Positions 9,957 through 18,999 of a DNA stretch of 64,000 nucleotides are shown piece by piece. The position numbers were made by a program, and so were the translations under genes. Source of the stretch: Methyloceanibacter sp. (lineage in GTDB: Bacteria > Pseudomonadota > Alphaproteobacteria > Rhizobiales > Methyloligellaceae); assembly GCA_052039105.1 (NCBI GenBank), contig JBQGDO010000100.1:10701-74700 (forward strand). The letters run 5' to 3'. Under the pieces are notes generated by a model that did no database searches, had not been told where the DNA came from, and saw nothing but the letters and a program-made list of their open reading frames with translations. Numbering within the stretch: position 1 is the first letter of the stretch; every line of letters begins with the position of its first letter.

Positions 9957-10673
9957 ATGTCGATCTGGCGGAGGCTGGCCAAGGCCGTTCCCGATCTCTC
10001 GATCGAAGCGCAAATCAGCGCCCTATTGGGCGGCTCCAAAAACGAAGCCGGCCTTCGCGCCAAGCCCTCCCCCGCGCCTGACAGCGAAATCCCTTTCACC
10101 GTGGGGGTGATCGCGCTGAGCGCCAAGATGGCCAAGGCCGACGGCACGGTCAGCACCTACGAGGTGGGCGCGTTCAAGCAGGCGTTTAGAGTCTCGCCCG
10201 CCGAGATGCGGGAGGCCGCGCCCATCTTCAATGCGGCGAAGCGGGACGCCGGCGATCATGCCGCCTATGCGCAGCAGCTGGTCGCCGTGTTGCATGGAAA
10301 CCGCAAGCTGCTGGAGGATGTGCTCGACGGCCTCTTTCATATCGCCAAGGCCGACGATCAGTTCCATCCGCAGGAGCTGCAGTTCCTGAGCGAGGTCGCC
10401 AGGCAGTTCGGCTTCAACGAGGCCCAGTTCAACTCAATCAAGGCGCGCCACGTCGCTGCCGCCGAGCGGAACCCCTATGAGGTGCTCGGTGTGGACCGAT
10501 CCATTGGCGCTAAGGAGCTCGAGGCGCGCTACCGGTCGCTGCTTGCCGACTGCCAGCCCGATGCGCTTGTCGGCCGTGGCGTGCCCAGGGAGTTCGTCGA
10601 TACTATCGCGAACGAGAAGCGGACGGCTCTCGTCGAGGCTTACGAGGCCATCGTCAAGGGCCGCAAATCCTAG
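9957..10673 (+). CDS. DjlA-like co-chaperone (TerB + J domain) with QPD instead of HPD
   Basis: FTVGVIALSAKMAKADG, LFHIAKAD, NPYEVLGV, CQPDALVGRGVP; ATG at 9957 after GGGAGGA. Confidence 0.85.
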   Translation: MSIWRRLAKAVPDLSIEAQISALLGGSKNEAGLRAKPSPAPDSEIPFTVGVIALSAKMAKADGTVSTYEVGAFKQAFRVSPAEMREAAPIFNAAKRDAGDHAAYAQQLVAVLHGNRKLLEDVLDGLFHIAKADDQFHPQELQFLSEVARQFGFNEAQFNSIKARHVAAAERNPYEVLGVDRSIGAKELEARYRSLLADCQPDALVGRGVPREFVDTIANEKRTALVEAYEAIVKGRKS

Positions 10674-10720
10674 TCGTGGGCTTGGGGGCTTCGGCGGTTA
10701 GTCAATTCTGCCACAAGAGA

Positions 10721-10752
10721 AAGCCCTGGCCGAGCAAGCTCGGCCAGGGTTG
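10721..10752. terminator. Hairpin between convergent genes, likely terminator
   Basis: CCCTGGCCGAGC-AA-GCTCGGCCAGGG 12-bp stem with an A run on one side. Confidence 0.75.
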
Positions 10753-10805
10753 GCATTGCCGGAGAGATAGTTAGTGCAGAGATAAACGTTTGGGCTTCTC
10801 GCCGC

Positions 10806-10916
10806 TTAGCCGAGCTTCAAGGGCTCTGCCACGACGGCCTTCTCGTGATGACCGAAGCAGCCGCCAAGGCCGATAGTCGCCGAGATAGCGATCGCAATAG
10901 CTAGTAAGACACGCAT
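10806..10916 (-). CDS. 36-aa lipoprotein
   Basis: MRVLLAIAIAISATIGLGGC-FGHHEKAVVAEPLKLG; lipobox LGGC; RBS GGGGGA. Confidence 0.7.
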   Translation of the reverse strand: MRVLLAIAIAISATIGLGGCFGHHEKAVVAEPLKLG

Positions 10917-11091
10917 AGCCAATCCCCCGTTTCGTTGCTTTATTCTTGGCCGAGTATAGAGATTCTTCTGGAAAAAGCTGTGACCCGCGGGCCACAGATG
11001 ACAGCAAAATGCGGGTCTCGCGCCTGCGGTCAACCACGCAAATCCGCCGTTTTTTTATCCAGACCGCCCCCGAAGCCCGGCGCAAGGGCGA

Positions 11092-12279
11092 TCAGGCGCG
11101 TGCCGTCTTCAGCGGCACCACCGCCTCGTCCGTCCCGGCGAACATCGACAGCATCGGCTCGTCGGTCAGAATCACCTCGTCATACTCGCCGAACCCGTTG
11201 AAACGATTCGCAAGTACACGGCCGTAGGCGCCGATCTGACCGATCTCGATATAGTCGCCCTCGCGCACGCAAGCCGGCAGCACGAACGGCCCCGGCAAAT
11301 AGTCGGAGCTGTCGCAGGTCGGACCGTATAGGGCAAATTCCCCCACCGGCTTCGATCTGCGGCGCGAGGTCGCCACCAGCCGCGCCGGAAAACGGAAGGC
11401 TGCGTAGGCCGCGTCGAACAAAGTGCCGAACGCCCCGTCATTGACATAGAGCGCATTGCCACGACGGGCATCGACCCGAACGATCACCGATTCGGCTTCC
11501 GCCACCAGCGCGCGCCCCGGCTCGCACATCAGTTCGCAAGAATGCTTGACGGCAAGCTCGTCCGCCGCCCGCGCCACCTCGTCGATGAACACCTGCAAAT
11601 CGGGAGGATCGGAATGGGGGTAGCGGCTCGGGAAGCCGCCGCCGATATCGATCGCGTCGACCAATACGCCGGAGGCAACGATCAGCTGGCCGACCTGGCG
11701 GATCGCTTCGCCGAACGCGGCCGGCACCACGGCCTGCGAACCGACATGGAAGGTGATGCCGAGCCGCCGCGCGATCTGCCGCGCGCGCAACAAAAGCGCC
11801 GGCGCCTCCTCGCTCGACACGCCGAACTTGCCTTCAAGCGGGATGAGGCTGTGCGTGTTGGGACAGGCGATGCGCAGAAAGAGGGTCAGATCCTTGGCTC
11901 CACCCGTCTCGGCGAGGATCTTGTCGAGCTCTTCGTCGCTGTCGAAGGCGAAGTTGCGGATGCCGAACTCCCGATAGGCGCGCGCGATAGCGCCGCGCGA
12001 CTTGACCGGGTTCATGTAATAGAGCTCGGCGCCCGGAACGCTCGCCAGCCGCTCGATCTCCGTCAGCGATGCCACGTCGAAGGCGCGCACCCCCGCCTCG
12101 GCCAGTGCGCCGATGATCGGCGGCGCGTCGTTCGCCTTGGCGGCGTAGAGCACCCGGCCCGGGAAGTTCGCGAGAAACCACTTGGCCGCACGGCGCGCGG
12201 CGTGCGGTCTTAAGGCTAGGACCGGCCGCTCCGGGCGGCGATGACGCAGAAGCTCCGCGGCAGAAGTGAAAACGTCCAT
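11092..12279 (-). CDS. Type III PLP-dependent ornithine/lysine decarboxylase
   Basis: YAAKAND (PLP Lys), FHVGSQ, DIGGGFP, CEPGR, GPTCDS. Confidence 0.9.
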   Translation of the reverse strand: MDVFTSAAELLRHRRPERPVLALRPHAARRAAKWFLANFPGRVLYAAKANDAPPIIGALAEAGVRAFDVASLTEIERLASVPGAELYYMNPVKSRGAIARAYREFGIRNFAFDSDEELDKILAETGGAKDLTLFLRIACPNTHSLIPLEGKFGVSSEEAPALLLRARQIARRLGITFHVGSQAVVPAAFGEAIRQVGQLIVASGVLVDAIDIGGGFPSRYPHSDPPDLQVFIDEVARAADELAVKHSCELMCEPGRALVAEAESVIVRVDARRGNALYVNDGAFGTLFDAAYAAFRFPARLVATSRRRSKPVGEFALYGPTCDSSDYLPGPFVLPACVREGDYIEIGQIGAYGRVLANRFNGFGEYDEVILTDEPMLSMFAGTDEAVVPLKTARA

Positions 12280-12425
12280 CCCATGTCTACTCCACACGAG
12301 ATTGCCGATGTCAGTTGCCGCCCTCGAGCGAATTCGCCTCCGAGCGCGCGAGGTCCGTATGAAATCCTGACCCCAATGTAAAGCGGTTTTCGCGCGCACC
12401 CCCCACAAACTGCCCGAGCGCCCGC

Positions 12426-14126
12426 CTAGTTCGACGCCGGGGGGGCGGAGCGGGCGCTGGTGAGCACGCTGGCGGCGGCGCCGGAGTGGATCGGCTGCTG
12501 CAGCAGGCCGAAGCTCTTGCGAGCCGCGAGATCGGTAAAGGCGGCGGTGTAAACGTAGAGCTCGGCGGTATCGACCTTGCCGTCCCGGTTGCCGATCGGC
12601 GAGAGATCGGCGTTGCCGGCTAGCCCCTCGATCAGATAGCGCGTGAAGAGGCCAATATCATATGTGAGGTCCATCAGGCTGCGCTGCCCGCGGTCGGTTG
12701 CGGCGAGCACGGCGATTCCAGCCAGCGGCGTGCGAGGCAGCGCCGTTTGCAGCGTCTCCGGCAGGTTGGGCGGCAGCACGAAGGGGCTGTGGTCGCGCCC
12801 GTATTCTGTCTCCAGCAGCACGACCGTCGACCTGACCTTGAGCCGCGCGAGATTGGCGTAGAGCGTGGAAAGCTTGTAGCCGCCGATGTCCTCGCGATGA
12901 GGCACGCTGTCCACCGGCAGAAGGTAGACTTCATTCTGGCCTTCATCGGTCGCGCCGTGGCCCGAGTAATAGATCAGCAGCTTGGCGTTGGGTTGGCCCT
13001 CGACAAGACGCTCCAGATCCCCCTCGTCACCCGGCTCGGTGCCGAACACCCTGTCGAACTCGGCCTTGCTGGCGTCGCGTAGGTCGATGATGTTGTCCGG
13101 ACGATAGCCGAGATGCTCGGTGAGGAAGGAATAGATTGCGTCGGCGTCATTATAGGAGCTGGCGCTGCGCGGCAGCTTGTCGTAGCTCCGGTTGCCGATC
13201 ACCACGGCAAATGCGTCGGGATCGTCCTCCCCAGGCGGCAAACCGCGATAGAGCTCGCGCACCCGCATATAAGACCGCAGCCCGTCCGCCGCGCCCTCTC
13301 CATACCGCGCGAGCTTGCGCGGCGGCGTGGCGCAAAGCTGGAGGTTGCCGGCTTCCTCGATCCGGCGGACGTCCTCGAGCGCGAGCCTGCCCTCAATCGG
13401 CACACAGGCACGGCACCAAACCACGCCGTTCTTCGCCTGCAGCTCATCGAGGTGGCGTTGCGCAAGTCCCCTGGGGGACGGCAGGCAGCTCCGCTCGCAG
13501 GGCGTGACCCAACGTCCCGGACCTTGCGCGCGCTGCAGCACGGCGATCAGGTCCTGCGGCAGGCAGTCGATGTCGAGACGCGCACTCGGCGCCACAGGCA
13601 CGACCGGTTCGTCCTCGGATTGAGGAAAAGCGAGAGCCGCCTCGTCGTCTTTCCCATCGTCGCCCTCGGCAGTCTCCTCAGTGGCCGCGGCCGCCGGAGC
13701 GGACGGCTCCCCGTCCTCAGGCTGGTACAGCGGATCGGCCCGCGCCGCCGCGGCCGCGACGGCTTCCGCGTGCGCCGCGCAAAGCTCGGTGAGCTTCTGC
13801 TGCACCGGCTCGGCAAGCAGATCGCTATAGGACTTCAGTCCGTGCTCCTGCTTGAAGTTCCAGAACGCGGTCCAGGTCTGCTTGCCCCGCTTGCCGTCGA
13901 CCGCCCCTTGGTAATAGCCGAGATCTGCCAGGCATTTTTGCGTCTTGGCGATCGCTTCGACCTGCTCGGGTGTGGGAGCGTTGGTGGCGGGCGGCGGCGG
14001 CGGGATCTCAGCGCTGCGCGATGCGTCAGGCGGCTCGGCACGAGGGGCGCCTGGAAGCGCCACCACCCCCGCGACAAGACCAAGGCCCAGGATCAGGCCC
14101 CGAAAGCTCACCACACTCCCCGCCAT
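12426..14126 (-). CDS. Secreted peptidoglycan-binding + caspase-fold (C14-like) protein lacking the catalytic Cys
   Basis: Signal peptide; QKCLADLGYYQGAVDGKRG (PG_binding_1-like); AVVIGNRSY, YYSGHG; LLETEYG where LDAC is expected. Confidence 0.8.
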   Translation of the reverse strand: MAGSVVSFRGLILGLGLVAGVVALPGAPRAEPPDASRSAEIPPPPPATNAPTPEQVEAIAKTQKCLADLGYYQGAVDGKRGKQTWTAFWNFKQEHGLKSYSDLLAEPVQQKLTELCAAHAEAVAAAAARADPLYQPEDGEPSAPAAAATEETAEGDDGKDDEAALAFPQSEDEPVVPVAPSARLDIDCLPQDLIAVLQRAQGPGRWVTPCERSCLPSPRGLAQRHLDELQAKNGVVWCRACVPIEGRLALEDVRRIEEAGNLQLCATPPRKLARYGEGAADGLRSYMRVRELYRGLPPGEDDPDAFAVVIGNRSYDKLPRSASSYNDADAIYSFLTEHLGYRPDNIIDLRDASKAEFDRVFGTEPGDEGDLERLVEGQPNAKLLIYYSGHGATDEGQNEVYLLPVDSVPHREDIGGYKLSTLYANLARLKVRSTVVLLETEYGRDHSPFVLPPNLPETLQTALPRTPLAGIAVLAATDRGQRSLMDLTYDIGLFTRYLIEGLAGNADLSPIGNRDGKVDTAELYVYTAAFTDLAARKSFGLLQQPIHSGAAASVLTSARSAPPASN

Positions 14127-14222
14127 GCCTCGACGCTCCGCCGCCAGCGGTTCACTCGAAGATCGGGCGTCACTCTAGCAGGGTGCGCGGCGCCTCGCAT
14201 CGGCCATTTGGTTTTCGCGCTG

Positions 14223-15176
14223 CTAGTTTTCGCGCTTCTTGTCCTGCTCGGGCACCGCGCTTGGGCGTGGCGGCAGCGACTTCAAATAGGCGGCGATCGC
14301 CAGGCGATCCTCGGATGTGAGCTTCGCCATATTCTCCTGCACCGGGGCCATGAGGCCGCCCACCACGTCGAACTCGGGCGTGTTGCCGGTCTCGAGGAAA
14401 TAAGCAATGTCCTCTTCGTCCCAATCGCCGATGCCATCGTCGCTCGGCGTGATGTTGGGCACCGTCCCCTCCTCCGCCGGGTTCGGCGCACCGGCGAACT
14501 CGGTCTCAGCCACGATGCCGCCGATCAGGTTGCGCGAGGAATGGCACTCGGCGCAATGGCCCGGTCCGCGCACGAGATAGGCGCCGCGATTGACCTCGGC
14601 GCTCGCGTCCGGGTCCGGCGTGAAGCTCTCGCCGTCGACATAGAGCCTATGCCAAAGCCCGAGCGCGCGGCGGAGACTGAACGGAAAGACAAGCTCATGC
14701 GCGGGCACCTCGTTCCTCACCGCCGGCAACATATCGAGATAGGCCTTGAGGTCGATCAGGTCCTCGATGCGCATGCGCTGATAGGAGGTGAAAGGGAAGG
14801 CCGGATAATAATGCGAGCCGTCCGGCGCCACGCCGCGCTTCATGGCGTTGATGAAATCGAGCGTACTCCAATGGCCGATGCCGGTCTCCTTGTCGGGAGA
14901 GATATTCGGCACATGGAAGGTGCCGAACGCCGTCTTGAGACAGCGTCCGCCGGCGAGCGCCTCTTTCGATTCAATATTGAGGTCGTCGCACCCCTTCACC
15001 GGCACGGCGTGACACTCGGCGCAGCCGCCGGCGATGAACATGTATTTGCCGTTGGCAATGTCGGGCGCATGCGCCGGCAGTGCGGAGGCCGGTAGCGTCA
15101 CCGGCCGCGCAAGCAGATAGAGAACGATCGCGAGCGCGACTAGGAACACCAGGAGCGCGAGCACCGTCTTGCGCAA
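14223..15176 (-). CDS. Membrane-anchored diheme cytochrome c (gluconate-2-dehydrogenase cytochrome subunit-like)
   Basis: Two CAECH motifs, PNISPD, YYPAFPF, N-terminal TM. Confidence 0.9.
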   Translation of the reverse strand: MRKTVLALLVFLVALAIVLYLLARPVTLPASALPAHAPDIANGKYMFIAGGCAECHAVPVKGCDDLNIESKEALAGGRCLKTAFGTFHVPNISPDKETGIGHWSTLDFINAMKRGVAPDGSHYYPAFPFTSYQRMRIEDLIDLKAYLDMLPAVRNEVPAHELVFPFSLRRALGLWHRLYVDGESFTPDPDASAEVNRGAYLVRGPGHCAECHSSRNLIGGIVAETEFAGAPNPAEEGTVPNITPSDDGIGDWDEEDIAYFLETGNTPEFDVVGGLMAPVQENMAKLTSEDRLAIAAYLKSLPPRPSAVPEQDKKREN

Positions 15177-15190
15177 AGTTCTCCCTCCGC

Positions 15191-15820
15191 TCAGGGCATG
15201 GGTATCTGGCGGCCTTTGCTGGGCACGTCAAAGCCGCGTTGCACCGCCGGGCGCGCCGCGATCGCCAGATACCAGCGCTTCACCTGGGGATAGTCGGCGA
15301 AATCGATGGTCTGCCAGCCGAAGCGTGCGATCCACGGCCAGATGGCAATATCGGCAATGGAATAATCGCCTGCGACATATTCGACTTGCGCCAGCCTGCG
15401 GTCGAGCACGCCCCACAGCCGTTTCGCTTCCTTGAGGTAGCGCTCCTCGGCATAGACGCTCTTGCCGGGATTGAACTTCACGAAGTGATGCACCTGACCC
15501 AGGAACGGCCCGGGCCCACCCATCTGCCACATTAGCCACTCGACCACGCGCCATTTCGTCGGGAAATCCTGCGGCCACAGCTTTCCGGTCTTCTCGGCGA
15601 GATAGAGCAGGATCGCGCCCGACTCCATCAGCTGCAGCCCATTATCGGTGTCGATGATGGCCGGGATCTTGTTGTTCGGCGAGATCTTGAGGTGCTCCGC
15701 CGCGAACTGCTCGCCCTTGGTGATGTCGATCGAATGCACCCGGTACGGCAAGCCGACCTCTTCAAGCATGATCGAGACCTTCTGCCCGTTCGGCGTCCCC
15801 CAGGTGTAGAGCTCGATCAT
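15191..15820 (-). CDS. Glutathione S-transferase (YfcG-like)
   Basis: MIELYTWGTPNG, SPNNKIPAI, ESGAILLYL. Confidence 0.92.
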   Translation of the reverse strand: MIELYTWGTPNGQKVSIMLEEVGLPYRVHSIDITKGEQFAAEHLKISPNNKIPAIIDTDNGLQLMESGAILLYLAEKTGKLWPQDFPTKWRVVEWLMWQMGGPGPFLGQVHHFVKFNPGKSVYAEERYLKEAKRLWGVLDRRLAQVEYVAGDYSIADIAIWPWIARFGWQTIDFADYPQVKRWYLAIAARPAVQRGFDVPSKGRQIPMP

Positions 15821-16042
15821 GATTCCTTGCTCTTCGCAGCGCAGCATCGCATGCCCTTGAACCGCGGCCGTGTCAAAGGGTCCTGCAACAAGCCCTTAGC
15901 AGTTGCGGAAAATTTGATTCACCAAGTGTTCATTCCTCGGCCTTCCTGTCGCCAAGAACCTGTCGCGCCTGCGCCATAGGTCGGTGCTAACCATTCGCGC
16001 ATGAGCGCTGCCAATTCCGTGCGAGCGCCTTGGGAGGATTCG

Positions 16043-16798
16043 ATGCTCAATTGTGCCCATCTCGATCATGAAGTGAAGGGCGCCGCTCCGTCCCGCGCGA
16101 CTTACGCCCGCTATGCGATCTACTACACGCCGCAGCCCGGCACTGCGCTTGCGGCTTTCGGCCGCTCCTGGTTCGGCCGGGCCAATGACGGCGTCACCCT
16201 GCAAGCCTTCTCCGATGCGGGCCTGTCCGGCACGAGCTTCGCCAAGCTCGTCACCGCACCCGGCCGGTACACGGGTCTGCACGCGCTGTTCCGCGCGCCG
16301 TTCGCGTTGCGCGATGGCTTCGGCCCCGACGCGCTGAAGACGCGGCTGATCAATTTCACTGCGCGGCGCAAGCCCGTCGCGACCGGCCCGCTCACTTTGT
16401 CGCGCGCCGGACGCTACCTCGTGCTGCGCCCGGTGGAAGCCACGCCGGCGCTGGATTGGCTCGCGGCGCAATGCGTCGCTGCCTTCGAGGATTTCGCCGC
16501 GCCGACGACTGACCTCGAGCGTGCCGAGCACTCAAATCCCAAGCTGAGTGAATATCAGCGCCTGCTGCTCGAGAGCTTCGGCGATCCTTATGTGTTGAGC
16601 GAGTACCGCTTCTCCATCACCTTGACCGGCCCGCTCGATGCCGCCCATCTCGATCGTGTGGCGCAGGCGCTGTGGCCGGTGCTCGAGGAGATTTGCGCGG
16701 AAGGCGTGATCGTCGACGGCTTGTCGCTGTTCGGCGATTCAGGAGGTCCCTCGCCGATGCGGCTGATCGGCCGTTATCGCCTCGGCGCGCACGGCTAA
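16043..16798 (+). CDS. DUF1045 family (2H phosphoesterase-like) protein, degenerate motifs
   Basis: RYAIYYTP, GLHALFRAPF, GDPYVLSEYRFSITLTG; start 16043 or 16001. Confidence 0.75.
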   Translation: MLNCAHLDHEVKGAAPSRATYARYAIYYTPQPGTALAAFGRSWFGRANDGVTLQAFSDAGLSGTSFAKLVTAPGRYTGLHALFRAPFALRDGFGPDALKTRLINFTARRKPVATGPLTLSRAGRYLVLRPVEATPALDWLAAQCVAAFEDFAAPTTDLERAEHSNPKLSEYQRLLLESFGDPYVLSEYRFSITLTGPLDAAHLDRVAQALWPVLEEICAEGVIVDGLSLFGDSGGPSPMRLIGRYRLGAHG

Positions 16799-16868
16799 GG
16801 CAAGGACCGTCCGGCCAGACAAAGTTTTGACACATGGGCTCGTCACCCTCGCCAAAACGGGGGTGACG

Positions 16869-17057
16869 ATGCCTGACTACGAGGAAATCCTCACATTCCT
16901 TGCCGAAAATCCGCCAAAGCTCGCCGCCGAACGCGAGCTGCACGCGTCCTTGCTCGAACTGATCGCCAAAGGCCTGCGCTCTGGCGCGGCCGATGACGAA
17001 GAGGCGTTGCCCGAGGATACGCGCACGGGCTGCATTCGCTGGACGGACATCAATTGA
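16869..17057 (+). CDS. Small hypothetical protein (62 aa)
   Basis: MPDYEEILTFLAENPPKL..., RBS GGGGGT, GC3-biased codons. Confidence 0.55.
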   Translation: MPDYEEILTFLAENPPKLAAERELHASLLELIAKGLRSGAADDEEALPEDTRTGCIRWTDIN

Positions 17058-17248
17058 TGCGCCCCCCCTCAGTGGGATGGAGCAGCAGGCAATTTGTCGC
17101 GGAATCATTTGATTTGGGTCTGCGCCTGCGCGCCGGAAGATTTGCAGGCGAGGTCGGAAGGGTGCTATTGGAACTTAATAAGGGGTGAGGCCGCCTGGGC
17201 GCTGGATGGCCAGTATCTTCGTATCTTCAGAGGGAGTTGACCGGCATC

Positions 17249-17944
17249 ATGCGGGAAAGCGTCGCGGTCAAGCATTCGGCCGAGCCTAAGAGCACCGCCG
17301 AGGACATCGTTCGGAGCTTCATCCGGAGCATCGACACCGCCAAGCGGTCGGAGCGGCCTTATCGCAATTGGGCGCTCACCGAGTGCTTTCCGGAGGACAC
17401 GGTCGACGACATTTTGGCGCTGCCCTTCGAGGCGCCGTCATTGGAAGGCATTTCCGGCAAGCGCGAGCTGCACAACAACACGCGCAAATATTTCGACGTC
17501 GAGAACCGCGCGGCCTTCCCGGTCTGCGAGGCCGTGGCGCAAGCCTTCCAGGACAAGCGCATCATCAGCCACATCGAGAAGACGTTCGGCACCAAACTCG
17601 ATGGAACCTATCTCCGCATCGAGTTCGCGCAGGATATCGACGGCTTCTGGCTCGAGCCGCATACCGATCTCGGCGTGAAGTCCTTCACCTTGCTGCTCTA
17701 TCTGTCGAAGGACCCGAGCCATCACGATCTCGGCACCGACATTTACGACGCCGACAAGCGCCATGTCGGCCGTTCGCCCTTCGCCTCGAACGCCGCAATG
17801 GTGTTCGTGCCATCGAACAACACCTATCATGGCTTCGAGCAACGCCCGATCAAGGGCGTGCGCACTTCGCTGATCATCAATTACGTCACCAATGAGTGGC
17901 GCGCGCGCGAGCAGCTCGCCTTCCCCGAAGCGCCGATCGCTTAG
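17249..17944 (+). CDS. 2OG-Fe(II) oxygenase family protein
   Basis: WLEPHTD (HxD), TYHGF, distal RTS; start 17237 or 17249. Confidence 0.8.
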   Translation: MRESVAVKHSAEPKSTAEDIVRSFIRSIDTAKRSERPYRNWALTECFPEDTVDDILALPFEAPSLEGISGKRELHNNTRKYFDVENRAAFPVCEAVAQAFQDKRIISHIEKTFGTKLDGTYLRIEFAQDIDGFWLEPHTDLGVKSFTLLLYLSKDPSHHDLGTDIYDADKRHVGRSPFASNAAMVFVPSNNTYHGFEQRPIKGVRTSLIINYVTNEWRAREQLAFPEAPIA

Positions 17945-17970
17945 CGCAATCCTAGCAACAGGATTTCAGT

Positions 17971-18040
17971 GTCGTGGCCGGGCTCGTCCCGCGCCCGCGC
18001 GGCCAAAGCCGCCTCGGCGCGGCGAAGGCCCGGTCACGAC
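17971..18040. repeat. Second REP-like palindrome, related to 776-863
   Basis: GTCGTGGCCGGGCTCGTCCCG...GCCCGGTCACGAC; first 21 nt match the 778-798 arm at 19 positions; internal GCCGCCTCGGCGCGGCGAAGGC. Confidence 0.7.
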
Positions 18041-18111
18041 CAATTTGGCACCCTTTCCGTCGCCGTTGCGCTGTGCTGTAAGCATGCCCTGAAGCAAGCG
18101 GGCCAAAGCCA

Positions 18112-18999
18112 ATGAGCAAAGTCGCGTGGATCGGGCTCGGCACCATGGGCTTTCCCATGGCCGGCCACCTCAAGACGCGTGGCGGCCACGATCTCGTCGT
18201 GTTCAACCGCACGCGCGCCAAGGCCGAGTGCTGGGTGGCGCGCTTCGGCGGCAGCGTCGCTGCGAGCCCTGCAGAGGCAAGCGAGGGTGCGGCCTACGTC
18301 TTTACCTGCGTCGGCAATGACGACGATCTCCGCCAGGTGACGCTTGGACCTGACGGCGCCTTCGCTTCGCTGGGCCAGGGCGCCATCTATGTCGACCATA
18401 CCACGGCGTCCGCCCGCATCGCCCGCGAGCTTTATGCCGCGGCCGCGGCGCGAGGCGCAAACGCGCTCGATGCGCCCGTGTCGGGCGGCCAGTCGGGTGC
18501 GGAGACCGGCACATTGACGGTGATGGTGGGCGGCGACGAGGCCCCCTTCGCCGCGGCGAGGCCGGTGATCGAAGCTTACGCGCGCACTGTCAATCGCATC
18601 GGCCCGGCCGGCTCGGGCCAGCTCACCAAGATGGTCAATCAGATCTGCATCGGCGGCCTGATCGAGGGACTTGCCGAGGCGCTGCATTTCGCCGCCCGCG
18701 CCGGGCTCGACATCGAGAAGGTGATCGAAACGATCTCCAAGGGCGCCGCCCAGTCCTGGCAGATGGACCATCGCTGGGAGACCATGACCGAGGGCAAGTT
18801 CGATTTCGGCTTCGCCGTCGATTGGGTGCGCAAGGACTTCGGCATGATTTTCGAGGAAGCGCGGGCGAATGGCGCAAGCCTGCCCGTCACCGCTCTGGTC
18901 GACCAATTCTATGCCGAGATCCAGGAAATGGGCGGCGGAAGATGGGATACGTCGAGCCTGATCGCGCGGCTCGAGCGCAACGACAAAGGTGGGACATGA
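18112..18999 (+). CDS. Beta-hydroxyacid dehydrogenase (3-hydroxyisobutyrate DH family)
   Basis: IGLGTMG, DAPVSGG, KMVNQ, KDF. Confidence 0.92.
   Translation: MSKVAWIGLGTMGFPMAGHLKTRGGHDLVVFNRTRAKAECWVARFGGSVAASPAEASEGAAYVFTCVGNDDDLRQVTLGPDGAFASLGQGAIYVDHTTASARIARELYAAAAARGANALDAPVSGGQSGAETGTLTVMVGGDEAPFAAARPVIEAYARTVNRIGPAGSGQLTKMVNQICIGGLIEGLAEALHFAARAGLDIEKVIETISKGAAQSWQMDHRWETMTEGKFDFGFAVDWVRKDFGMIFEEARANGASLPVTALVDQFYAEIQEMGGGRWDTSSLIARLERNDKGGT

Noticed and set aside
9825-9960. tRNA-Val as an integration site for an island
   Set aside because: No integrase and no duplicated tRNA 3' end seen in the window; the atypical gene lies on the 5' side.
9504-10013. N-terminal extension of the DjlA-like ORF and antisense ORFs across the tRNA
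   Set aside because: They read through tRNA-Val; the real start is 9957 with an RBS.
12280-12425. speF-type leader RNA or riboswitch upstream of the decarboxylase
   Set aside because: Short region with no motif or stable structure I could recognise; an Rfam scan would be needed.
13113-15095. 660-aa plus-strand ORF
   Set aside because: Antisense shadow of two real genes, typical of high-GC DNA; no motifs.
17213-17228. GTATCTTC tandem duplication before the 2OG oxygenase gene
   Set aside because: Only two 8-nt units with no second occurrence noticed; compatible with chance.
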